Positions 29,080-38,067 of a DNA stretch of 64,000 nucleotides are shown here, piece by piece (position 1 is the stretch's first letter; every line of letters starts with the position of its first letter). The position numbers and the translations under genes were made by a program. The DNA lies in NCBI GenBank assembly GCA_041689265.1, contig JBDNGP010000021.1:8572-72571 (forward strand), given 5' to 3'. Origin of the DNA: Verrucomicrobiota bacterium. Lineage in GTDB: Bacteria > Verrucomicrobiota > Verrucomicrobiia > Limisphaerales > RI-55. Below the pieces are notes generated by a model. The model saw only the letters and a program-made list of their open reading frames with translations, was not told the DNA's origin and searched no databases.

Positions 29080-29958
29080 ATGACCACCAAAGCCAAGTTG
29101 ATCACCGCCGTCATCGTCGCGGTCGGCGTCGCCACCCCCGTCGTCCTCCAGCAGATCGCCCTGCAGAAACTTGAATCGCAGAACGCGCAACTCATGGCGC
29201 AGGTCGCGCAGCTGGACGAGTTGGAGGCGTTGCGCGCTGAGAACACGAAGCTCGCCGGATCAGCCGTCGACCGGGCCGAGCTGGACCGGCTGCGCGGGGA
29301 GCATCTTGAACTGCTAAAATTGCGCGGTGAAGTCGGACTGTTGCGCGACGCGAACACAAAGCTGGAAAGCCGGATCGCGCAGTTGACCGCGAAACGTGCG
29401 GAGGAAATGGCCCAGGCCCGCGCCGCCGTCGAGGAAACGCCGCCCGCCGAGGAGCAGAGTGAATGGATCTCCACCGCCGCCCGGCTGCGGAACGCGCTGA
29501 TGTCGGGACAACCTCTGACGGATGAGGAACTTCAATGGCTGGTGGCGGCGAAGCCCGCGATCGAGCAGATGGAGCGCGAGCCTGATTTGTATTCGGATTT
29601 TCAAACCACGCTGATCAAAGAGACTGTGGGTTCACTTGATCAGGATCGCCTCGCGCAGATTCGGAAAGTGATCACCGACACCTATCAGCGGGCGGTCGCC
29701 GGTGGACTCGATCTTCCATCCAAACCCGCTGAAAATTACGAAGCCTGGGTGGAGCGCCGGCACGCGCTGGATCGGGCGGCCACGGAAGCCGTGCAGGGCC
29801 TGCTCAGCGCGGAGGAACGGGAGGTCTTCGACCGGCGATTCATCGGTGTGATGGGGGTCGATCTCGGGACGGGCGTGGACAGCGCAAATTATCCGCCGGG
29901 TTTCCTCGGGGACCCGGTAAACGTTGAGGAAAACCAGGGTACACCCGCTGGTTTTTGA
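29080..29958 (+). CDS. membrane-anchored coiled-coil protein (hypothetical)
   Basis: N-terminal anchor MTTKAKLITAVIVAVGVATPVVL followed by heptad-rich LESQNAQLMAQVAQLDELEALRAENTKL. The start is set at the ATG at 29080. Confidence 0.7.
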   Translation: MTTKAKLITAVIVAVGVATPVVLQQIALQKLESQNAQLMAQVAQLDELEALRAENTKLAGSAVDRAELDRLRGEHLELLKLRGEVGLLRDANTKLESRIAQLTAKRAEEMAQARAAVEETPPAEEQSEWISTAARLRNALMSGQPLTDEELQWLVAAKPAIEQMEREPDLYSDFQTTLIKETVGSLDQDRLAQIRKVITDTYQRAVAGGLDLPSKPAENYEAWVERRHALDRAATEAVQGLLSAEEREVFDRRFIGVMGVDLGTGVDSANYPPGFLGDPVNVEENQGTPAGF

Positions 29959-30027
29959 GCGCTCGGCCGACTGAACGCTACCAGTCAGGTTCAATCTTGG
30001 GGAGCGCCGGCTCAAAGGAACAATATG

Positions 30028-32391
30028 TTAACCGGTGATTCTGATCGGTTTCGACGACGGTCCTTCAATGACGTCACCGATGATGACGGCGCGGCTGAAA
30101 CCGAGTTCGATCAATTCGGCCAGCAGCGTTTCCGCGTGTTCGGCGGGCACGGCAGCAAGGAGACCGCCGGCGGTTTGCGGGTCGAAGAGGATGTTGGCGG
30201 TCGGCTCATCCGCGTTGCTCCAATTGAGCAGCGAGCGGCTGAGCGAGTTGGACGCGTTCATCGAGCTGACAATACCAGCTTCAGCCAGCGCCCGTGCGCC
30301 GGGCAGGATCGGAAGCTTGTCGGAATCAAGATGGATCGTGATCGGATCGCCACCGAACATTTCTCGGAGATGTCCGATCAAACCAAATCCGGTGACGTCC
30401 GTGCAGGTGGTGACACCGTAACGCTGCAGCGCTTCGACCGCCGCGTGGTTTGAAAGCAGCATCGAGTCGATCGCCGTCTGGAGATCTGCAGCGCCCAGTT
30501 TGTTTTTCATGTCGGCGGCAAACAGAATGCCAGTCCCGAGCGGTTTCGTGAGGATCAATCGGTTGCCGGGTTTGAGCCCTGTTTTCTTGAAGAGCCGGCG
30601 CGGTTCGGCGAAGCCGTTGACGGTCAGGCCGACGCCGAGTTCTTTGCTTTCAGCCGTGTGCCCTCCGGCGAGCGCGGTCTGGTGCAGCCGGAGTTGAAAC
30701 GCGACGCCGCCGAGCAATTGACCAAGTTGCGAGGCGATGATGGCCGAGCCGTTGAACGGAATCGTGGCGGTCACGAGTGCGCTCGCCGGCGATGCCCCCA
30801 TTGCGAACAGATCGTTCAACGCGTGGTTCGTGGCGATGCGACCGAACAGGAACGGATCGTTGATGAACGAGCGAAAAAAATCCACGGACTGAACGAGCAA
30901 CTTGCCGGGCGGGGGCATCGTCACGGCGTCGTCGTCCGGAGCGTTGAGCCCGACCTGCAACGTCGGATGCGTGCCGGGATCGAGACGTTTGATCACTTCG
31001 TGAAGAATCAGGGCACTGACTTTCGCACCACAACCGCCGCACCGCATTTTGCCGGCGGCCTCTTTGGATTCCCGGTCCTCGATTTTGAAATTGGATTTCG
31101 CGCGCGCGGTGAAATCCATGTCCGCCGGCGCCGTTTTCATGTCGGGCAGATTCCGGTATTGCCGCATCCATTTTTGGTCGATCCGCTGTTTCCAGTTCCA
31201 CACCCAGCGGCCCTTTGCCGACCAACGGGATTTCGAGGCGACCGCCTGTTTGTCGCCGGTGCTGATCAAACTGAGAAACGATTTCTGAAGCCGGCATTTC
31301 TTCGGTTCAAAACCCAGCGCGACCAGCCGGAGATTTCTGGCCAGCGGAGCGCCCTGGCGCACGGCGAAAACGCCGCTCTTGGGTCGCGGTGATTCGACGA
31401 GATCCGCGACGTCGCCCGCCGCAAAAACAAAATCATGGGAGACGGACGCGAGCTGCCGGTTCACCTGGATGAATCCGGCGGCGGAAAGTTGCAGGCCGGA
31501 ATCTTGAAGCCACGCCGGAGCGGAGGCGTGCGTCGTCCAGAACAACGTGTCGAACCCGATGGGCTCGCCTGACTCCGTTTTTGCGATTCCGGCTTCAATG
31601 TTGGTAATTTTTTCGCCGCACCGGATCCTGATGTTTCGTTGTTCGCACAGTTCGTGAAACGTTCGTTGAACCGTGCGATTGTGCGTCGGCAACAGCGTCG
31701 GAGTCGCGGTGACGATCTCAAATTCAGGCACCGGTCCGTTCGTTTCAGCGGCGATCTTGTTTAACCGATATTGAGCTGAGAGCGTCAGTTCCACTCCCGC
31801 CGCACCACCGCCCACGGTGACGAATCGTTGCGGGCCGGTTCGTTCGCTTACGCGGCTTACGATGTCTGCCCAGTTTTTGAGGAATTGATCGATCGGTTTG
31901 ACGCGGAGCGCGTGTTCGAGCACGCCGGGCATGGCTTCGGTGGCCGGGGTTGAACCGGTATTGATCGAAAGATAGTCGAAGGAAACGGGAGGCCGGTCGG
32001 CGAACAGCACTTCCTTCTTTGCCAAGTCGAGGCCGGTGACGCGGTCCCGGTAGAAATCCGCGCGGGCAAAATGGGCGAGCCTGTTCAAGTCCACGTAAGC
32101 CTCTTCGTGGGTGTAGTGACCGGCGATCAGGCCGGGCAACATGCCGCTGTAAGGCGTGTCCCAATGTTCGGAAATGAGGACGATGCGGAGCCCGGGCAAC
32201 GGGTCCATGCCGAAGGATTTCAAAACGGCGACATGCGCGTGGCCGCCGCCGATGAGAACCAGTTGCCGGGTCAGGAGGGGAGTGTTTTCCTGCACGCGGC
32301 GAGTATTCGAGGACGACGGGGCGGCCTGCAATATTAATCTCAGTTTGGCCGTGGGCCGCCTCGCTTTCACTACGTTGGGGGGCTGTGTCAA
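30028..32391 (-). CDS. selD: bifunctional FAD-dependent pyridine nucleotide-disulfide oxidoreductase / selenide, water dikinase
   Basis: 787-aa ORF. The N-terminal half has LVLIGGGHAHV, VTVGGGAAGVE and FAAGDVA (NADH-dehydrogenase-like). The C-terminal half has KMRCGGCGAKV (SelD Cys/Lys active-site loop) plus AIR-synthase-like PurM N and C domains. Confidence 0.88.
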   Translation of the reverse strand: MTQPPNVVKARRPTAKLRLILQAAPSSSNTRRVQENTPLLTRQLVLIGGGHAHVAVLKSFGMDPLPGLRIVLISEHWDTPYSGMLPGLIAGHYTHEEAYVDLNRLAHFARADFYRDRVTGLDLAKKEVLFADRPPVSFDYLSINTGSTPATEAMPGVLEHALRVKPIDQFLKNWADIVSRVSERTGPQRFVTVGGGAAGVELTLSAQYRLNKIAAETNGPVPEFEIVTATPTLLPTHNRTVQRTFHELCEQRNIRIRCGEKITNIEAGIAKTESGEPIGFDTLFWTTHASAPAWLQDSGLQLSAAGFIQVNRQLASVSHDFVFAAGDVADLVESPRPKSGVFAVRQGAPLARNLRLVALGFEPKKCRLQKSFLSLISTGDKQAVASKSRWSAKGRWVWNWKQRIDQKWMRQYRNLPDMKTAPADMDFTARAKSNFKIEDRESKEAAGKMRCGGCGAKVSALILHEVIKRLDPGTHPTLQVGLNAPDDDAVTMPPPGKLLVQSVDFFRSFINDPFLFGRIATNHALNDLFAMGASPASALVTATIPFNGSAIIASQLGQLLGGVAFQLRLHQTALAGGHTAESKELGVGLTVNGFAEPRRLFKKTGLKPGNRLILTKPLGTGILFAADMKNKLGAADLQTAIDSMLLSNHAAVEALQRYGVTTCTDVTGFGLIGHLREMFGGDPITIHLDSDKLPILPGARALAEAGIVSSMNASNSLSRSLLNWSNADEPTANILFDPQTAGGLLAAVPAEHAETLLAELIELGFSRAVIIGDVIEGPSSKPIRITG

Positions 32392-32540
32392 GATGTGCCC
32401 GGCAGTGTTCTCGAATCGAATCCTTCCTTGCCAGAAACTCGCCCGTCCGGTTTCCTAACGCCATCGGAAAGCGGTGGTTGGAAAAATCAACTGTGCACGC
32501 CACATCGCTTATTAATACTGTTGGGCTTAATTTCGAAGAT

Positions 32541-32924
32541 ATGAGCAACACGAATGTCAGCAAACGTGAGATACGGCAGCTCGCAACCGAGCACCAGGAG
32601 GCGATTGCCGCGTTTAAGCTTTCGGAGGTTCGGAACCGGCAGCACCTTTTGGAACTGGCTCGAGGAAGCGCCCCAAGGTCTTGGTTTCCCGTGGTGGCTC
32701 CCGGATTGATGATGCTTGCTTTGATGATCCCTGTGTTTATTCCGATCCAGAAATATTATCCTTTGGGCCTCATTGCCGTCATCGCGTGTCCTGTCATAAT
32801 CCTCTCGATAGAGATTATTTCTCACCAGCGGAGACTGAACGGGCGACTGGACGCATTGTTGAAATTGCTGGAGTTGGAAAAGAAAGATCGAGAACACGGT
32901 GCCCAATCGGGTCGCCAAGAGTGA
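32541..32924 (+). CDS. hypothetical two-TM membrane protein
   Basis: 127-aa ORF from the ATG at 32541. It has two hydrophobic helices (FPVVAPGLMMLALMIPVFI and LGLIAVIACPVIILSIEII) and a C-terminal amphipathic tail. Confidence 0.5.
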   Translation: MSNTNVSKREIRQLATEHQEAIAAFKLSEVRNRQHLLELARGSAPRSWFPVVAPGLMMLALMIPVFIPIQKYYPLGLIAVIACPVIILSIEIISHQRRLNGRLDALLKLLELEKKDREHGAQSGRQE

Positions 32925-33054
32925 TTAGCTCCAGGCTCCCCACCACCCGGCATGCGGATCCGCAACACATTGCCCCCCTTCAAGCTGGCGCCTAGGATCA
33001 CGCGCAAGCAAACGACGCTTCACCAGACGGCGGAGCGCGACTGGAATCGACCCA

Positions 33055-33076
33055 GACAGGTTGAAGAAAACCTGTC
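33055..33076. repeat. REP-like palindrome GACAGGTT-GAAGAA-AACCTGTC
   Basis: Perfect 8-bp stem. Its reverse complement GGGACAGGTTTTCTTCAACCTGTCT matches the 7369-7387 copy apart from a 3-nt loop insertion. Confidence 0.7.
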
Positions 33077-33243
33077 CCACCTTCACACCCCGGTCAGGCC
33101 GGCCGAAAACGTCTTACGACACCGGTCAGCCTCGTTCTCACGACTTTGGGGGCGATGCCAAAATGCGCCCCACTCCACCGCCGCGTGCGGTTTGATCTTT
33201 GCAAATGGCGGACGCGCGATGAACAATGCGCCGACACAATTTC

Positions 33244-33546
33244 ATGCCGAGCCAGCGCCAACAGCTTCGCCGAATTCCTGCCGTGGAAAAAGTGCTTCAA
33301 CAACTGAAGCCGACCGTGGTGCCGCGCCCGCTGATTGTGAAACTCGTCCGCCAGGAACCGGCGTTGATCCGCAAGCGGACAGTGGTGCCCGATGAAGAAA
33401 CGATTCTCGCACAGATCGTCGACCGCGTCGCGGACGAGGAGCGGACGAGACCCCTGGTTTCGCTGGAGAATCCTGATTCCGCTCCTCGAACATCTCAACC
33501 GCCAACAAATTGCCGTCCGGGACGGGGATGTGCGGAGATTGGCTGA
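33244..33546 (+). pseudogene. selA: selA (L-seryl-tRNA(Sec) selenium transferase) relic, N-terminal domain only
   Basis: MPSQRQQLRRIPAVEKVLQQLKPTVVPRPLIVKLVRQEPALIRK resembles the SelA N-terminal domain (E. coli SLYSQLPAIDRLLRDSS..., from memory). The expected RVINATGV.LHTNLGR core is seen only as a degraded, frame-shifted RILIPLLEHLNR. Less than 0.75 kb is available for a gene of about 1.4 kb. Confidence 0.4.
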
Positions 33547-33837
33547 ACAAAGACCGGAGCGCGACGTCGGCCGGAAATCACCCCGGCTGGCAGTGCGTTT
33601 GGATGTCGAGCTTCAACCTCTGCGCGCGCCGTCAGAATCCGGACAGAAATGCAACCACACTAACCGCGAGAGGATCCGGGGATCTCAAGCCCAGCGGCGG
33701 GCCGCCCCTCAAGCAGGGTGGGTGGGAGGCTGCGCGGCGCTTCTCTACGAATGATTTCAAAGAGACCTCTCACCCCCGTTCACGGTGGGCCAACAATCCT
33801 GTTTCCGGTCATGGCGACCAACTTCGGTCCAGGTCAG

Positions 33838-34185
33838 TCAAACGGGGTGATCTTGAAATCGCGGAACTCGGACTTCCCAGGTCGTCGGGTTGCGCGGAAA
33901 AGGAATCCTCCCGCCACAGGTAATTATTGGCAGGCGTGCCGCCGGGGAACGTAGGCCGTGCGGTTGCAGCTCGATGACGCCCTGTTCGATTTCGATTCCA
34001 CGGAATGTGATACCCTGAAACACGGTCGCGACCAGCAGGTCGCAGCAGAACTCGTAGTGTTTCGCGGGCCGCGGTTCGGGAGCGCCCAGCTTCACGGTGA
34101 CGGTCTCTGATTTGATTGTTCTAGAAGGGCCCAGCATCAGCCCGGAAATCAAAATGAAGACGGCACATTCGCGTTGTGACGACAT
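33838..34185 (-). CDS. hypothetical small secreted protein
   Basis: 115 aa from the ATG at 34185. It has a signal-like CAVFILISGLMLG and a beta-rich body. The longer ORF (to 34578) runs through the hexamer repeat and antisense to the amidohydrolase, so it is not credible. Confidence 0.3.
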   Translation of the reverse strand: MSSQRECAVFILISGLMLGPSRTIKSETVTVKLGAPEPRPAKHYEFCCDLLVATVFQGITFRGIEIEQGVIELQPHGLRSPAARLPIITCGGRIPFPRNPTTWEVRVPRFQDHPV

Positions 34186-34302
34186 GCGGTTCTTGTGCAG
34201 GAATATCGGAGACGAAGTCAATCCGGGCTGTTCACCGGACGTCATTTTGGCTAAGCTGATTTCACGTGGTCGGAAAGTACTGCGGCGACGCGTTCCACCG
34301 AT

Positions 34303-34356
34303 GTCACGGTCACGGTCACGGTCACGGTCACGGTCACGGTCACGGTCACGGTCACG
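34303..34356. repeat. perfect hexanucleotide microsatellite (GTCACG)x9
   Basis: Nine uninterrupted GTCACG units plus a partial GT. The repeat ends 18 nt upstream of the ATG at 34375, in a divergent intergenic region. Confidence 0.97.
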
Positions 34357-34374
34357 GTTACCGAAAGACGAACG

Positions 34375-35428
34375 ATGATCATTGATGTCCACACGCACCT
34401 GAACAACTACGACGAAACCCAGATTGTGCCGGTCGAGAAATGTCTGGAGCAGCTGCACGAATCCATGGCCTACAAAAAGGTGGACCACGCGATGGTGCTG
34501 ACCTCCTACACGGTGAACGAACACCTCCCCTCCACGGCTGCCGTCGTAAAGGTCACCGACGGACTCAAGAATCTGCACGTGGTCGCGGGCATCAGCGTGG
34601 AAAACTACCGCGAACGCGACCTGCGCGAGATTGCGATTTTCTCAAGGACCGCCGGGTGGCGGGCTGAAGCTGTATCCCGGCTACGAATCGTTCTATCCGT
34701 ATGACCGTCGGTGCCAGGTGATCTACGATTTGGCGATGGAGTTCAATGTGCCGGTGATGATTCACACGGGGGACACGTTCAATCCCAAGGGCAAGCTGCG
34801 TTTCGCGCATCCGCTTAATGTGGATGACGTGGCGGTGGATAATCCGGGACTTAAACTGGTCATCTGCCACAGCGGCAATCCGTGGATTCGCGATTGCATG
34901 GAGGTGGTTTACAAGAACACCTTCGCCGACATCTCGGGCCTTGTGCTGGGCGATTTCAAATCGAAGTTCAAGAAGTTCATGCTTTAACAGGTGAAGGAAA
35001 TGATCCTTTACGCCGGTGAACCGCGTTATCTGCTTTACGGGACGGACTGGCCGATCTGCCGGATGCGCACCTACCTGAAGTTCGTGGACGAGCTGGGACT
35101 TTCTCCCGAAACACGGGAAAAGCTCCTGTGGAAGAACGCCGCGAAGCTGTTCCGTCTGGATATTCCCGAAGCCGCCGAGTCGTTGGGGGATACGCCCGTA
35201 CTGAAATGTCGGGGAGGTAAGAATGGAAAGATCCATGCACCGACCCCGATTCGTTGGTGTTTCGGAGCGCAGATCTCCCAATCGGCACTTCGGCGGCAAT
35301 TTCCAGATGCGTCCCAGCGCCGGGTTTTTAAAATATTTTCATTGCCGAAACAACGGCTCAGGTGTCTAATCATTTCGAGGTGCTCGCCATCCCTCCACAG
35401 CGGCAACCCCACGCCGCATTTCCTCTGA
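34375..35428 (+). pseudogene. amidohydrolase-2 (TIM-barrel metal-dependent hydrolase) pseudogene
   Basis: MIIDVHTHL start, then IAIF | LKDRRVAG | LKLYPGY read across three frames. This implies two 1-nt deletions, near 34637-34643 and 34659-34664. An in-frame TAA at 34985-34987 precedes ...YAGEPRYLLYGTDWPI. Confidence 0.75.
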
Positions 35429-35550
35429 TACCGGTGAGCACCTCACTTTTCTTTTCCAGCCTTTCGTTCCTCAACACCCCTCGTTTTCGTGGATGAACGC
35501 TTCATCGGCCCGGTTGGTAACAATCAGTACCCATGGACAAGCCGATCAGA

Positions 35551-37874
35551 TCAACACACCGATTTCGCGCGCCGGAAACGATTGAGAAGAAACCAGCCCG
35601 CCACACCGAATGCCAACAGCAGGAACACCGCCGGCTCGGGGACCATCGGGACGGTCTCGGCGTCCACCGGTGTCAGATCGGCGGCGGCGTATTGCGCCAT
35701 TGTTTCCAACACCACTGCGCCGCTCACCGTCGCGACGAGTTGATATTCCTGCGCGAGTTTGATCGCTTCGGCGACTTTGCGGTGCGCCCCGAGGTGGTTG
35801 ATTTCCGAGAGGGCCCAGAGCCGGGCGACGTGTTTTGAAACCGGTTCACCACTTTCGGCGGACGCGGGCTGGCCGTTCCATTTTTGTCGCAGGAAGGAAT
35901 ACGCGGGCGCCGTCGTGCTCACCGAAGCAAACAACGTTTTCAAATCGTCGGCGACATCGCCAGCACGGGCGACCGTTTGCACGCGCATGCCGTCGAGTTT
36001 TTCCAAAATGCGGTTGGGGCCGTTGCCGGTTTGAAAATCGAGAACGCGAACGACTCCCAGGTTTCGTTCGAGCCGCTGCCGCAAACCTTCGGCCGAACCG
36101 AGCAGCACCGGCTGCGGTCCGTGAATCCACAGCAACACATTGCCCGGGTTTGCAGCGGCGAGATCCCAGCCATGCACCAGCGCGGGAAGGTTGTCCTGTG
36201 CGCCGGTTGGAATGATGTCGCGGAGGTTCTCGATCAACGTCCCGCTGCGCTCGCGTCAGCTAGATCGATCCAGCGATTTGAGGAACCGTCCGACGCCAGA
36301 ATCACGTTCAACTCCAACTCGCCACCGACGGTTTCGAGCGCGTCGGCGAGCGAGGCCTAGTCGTTTTTCATCAGGGCGGAACCATCGAGCACGACGACCA
36401 GTTTTTGTGACGTGTTGTTCGTAAGCGCGAGAAGGGTTTGTTCGATTCGTGAATCGCCCGGACCGTCCGTCCACACCATGTCCGGCGCGGGTGGCGCGCG
36501 ATGAACCCGGAGAATGTTGCGCGGATCGGCGAGTTCATTTTCGGTCAGTTCCCCCTGCAATCCGGTGCGGCCGTCTTCCCGTTCTACCGGGCGTAATAGC
36601 TCGGAGGTGCAATCAAGTTCCGCCCGCGACGCAACCCAGATCGAGCGTTTCAGGTTCTCCACCAGACTGAAATTGCGTTCGATAAACTGCGGCCATGCGT
36701 GGAGTCCGTTCTCGCGATCAACGAGCTGCAACAGTGACGTGATGCCGATGCGCACCTTCATGAGCCCGCCGTTGGGCGGCACCGGAAAGCATTGCATCAG
36801 GACGCGGTCCGGGCTGGCGGTGGTCACGAGCACCGGATCGCGACGCTGCTGAACGGCGACCTTCTGGTAGGCCTCGCGAACTTGGCTACGCCCTCCAAAC
36901 GCCGCTTCGCGTTCCTCACCGTTGATCCAAAGCGTCAGTCGCGAAACGACTCCGCCGGGGGGCAAAAGAATCTGCGCGCGGGCCTCTCGTTGTTGCCGGG
37001 AGTCATTGCGGAATTCAAGAATCCATTCGCCGTAGCCGAGCGCTGCGTCGGACGCGATCAATCCGTCGTAGCGCGACGAGACCAGACTCAGGCCACGCAC
37101 CCGTCCGGCCACCGCATCGCCGCCGAGCGCGCTGTCAAACTCTCAGGTGAACTCGTTGTCAAAGGTTTCGAAGCGGCCGGCCCGCGTGAAAAGCGGCGGC
37201 GGCTTGAGCGAATTGAACGGCTGGCCGGTGACACGATAAAAAATTTCGCGGGCGTCGTTCTGGGTCACCGGGTTGTCCGGCGAAGCGACGAGTGCGCTGA
37301 AGTCGGTCCAGCGACGGGGCCGTTCGTAACACGCACGGAGCATCGTTTCCTCATGCCCGAGCGTGCGCAGCCAGTTGAGGCCGCGTTGTTCCGTGGCGGG
37401 ATCGGGTTTATCCGCCCATTGCAAAGCGAGCCGGGTCACGCCGGACGGCAGATCGGTGAAGATCACGAGGCTGATGCCAGCAAACATTCCGAAAGCAAGT
37501 CGCCACTTTCTGCGCGGCTTCGGTGTCGAGAGCGTCAGGTAGCGTCGCAGTTTCAACGTGCTGATCAACGCGATGAACGGCGACCACGGCAGCAACCCGA
37601 TCCCGAACCAGATCACCGCAATGATTCCGGGCAGCATCAGTGGCAGGAAGAACAGCGTGTAGATCGCGCCGATCCCGGCCGCGATTGCGTTCAGCCACAG
37701 AAACCAGACGCCTTCCACGGAATTTCCCTGGCGAACCCTGACCCAGACCGCGAGGTTGACGGCCGGGACCAGCGCCACCATAACAACATGCCACCACGTC
37801 GGCACCGGATCGAAGAACGCGCCGGTACACATGCACGTCGCCAGCTCCAGCACGAGGGTGATCACGGGCAGCAC
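35551..37874 (-). pseudogene. multi-TM / VIT / vWA protein with PEP-CTERM anchor, disrupted
   Basis: The N-terminal 243-aa membrane domain ends at an in-frame TGA (37143-37145). The VIT domain follows (VSRLTLWINGEEREAAF..REAYQKV) and the vWA domain starts (KLVVVLDGSALM). An in-frame TAG lies at 36357-36359, and a 1-nt frameshift near 36238-36242. The C-terminus is VPEPAVFLLLAFGVAGWFLLNRFRR (PEP motif, TM helix, basic tail). Confidence 0.75.
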
Positions 37875-38067
37875 GACACTGAAAAAAATGAATCCGTCCC
37901 GGTTCGGTGCCGGACGTTCCCACAGTGTTCCCGTTTATGCAGGCAGGTGGGATCGAGGTTTTGTCGGGTCGCCGCTTGAAGGCGTGATTGCCGGATGTTT
38001 TGTTTTAATCACACCTGCCCGCACGGCACCACTTGCGTTCCCTTCCAGTTTCTTCATACTCGCGCCC

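Noticed and set aside
33020-33130. A T-loop-like GGGTCGATTCCAG and a hairpin with a TTCTTCA loop on the minus strand could be a tRNA-Sec (selC) remnant next to the selA relic.
   Set aside because: There is no matching acceptor stem, the T-stem does not pair, and the anticodon-like hairpin has a 6-nt loop. It is better explained as the REP-like palindrome.
34303-34356. The hexamer repeat could be a CRISPR-like or other spaced array.
   Set aside because: The units are contiguous 6-mers without spacers. No cas genes or repeat-spacer architecture occur anywhere in the window.
34097-34578. The ORFs encoding (SR)n (34097..34378 +) and (DR)n (N-terminal part of 33838..34578 -).
   Set aside because: These dipeptide repeats are simply translations of the (GTCACG)9 microsatellite. 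The ORFs otherwise run antisense to, or upstream of, better-supported features.
37143-37145. The in-frame TGA in the VIT/PEP-CTERM gene could be a selenocysteine codon or evidence of stop-codon reassignment.
   Set aside because: The same gene also has an in-frame TAG and a frameshift, and the neighbouring pseudogene has an in-frame TAA. TGA, TAA and TAG all terminate intact genes in this window. selA appears degraded, and no SECIS-like context is evident.
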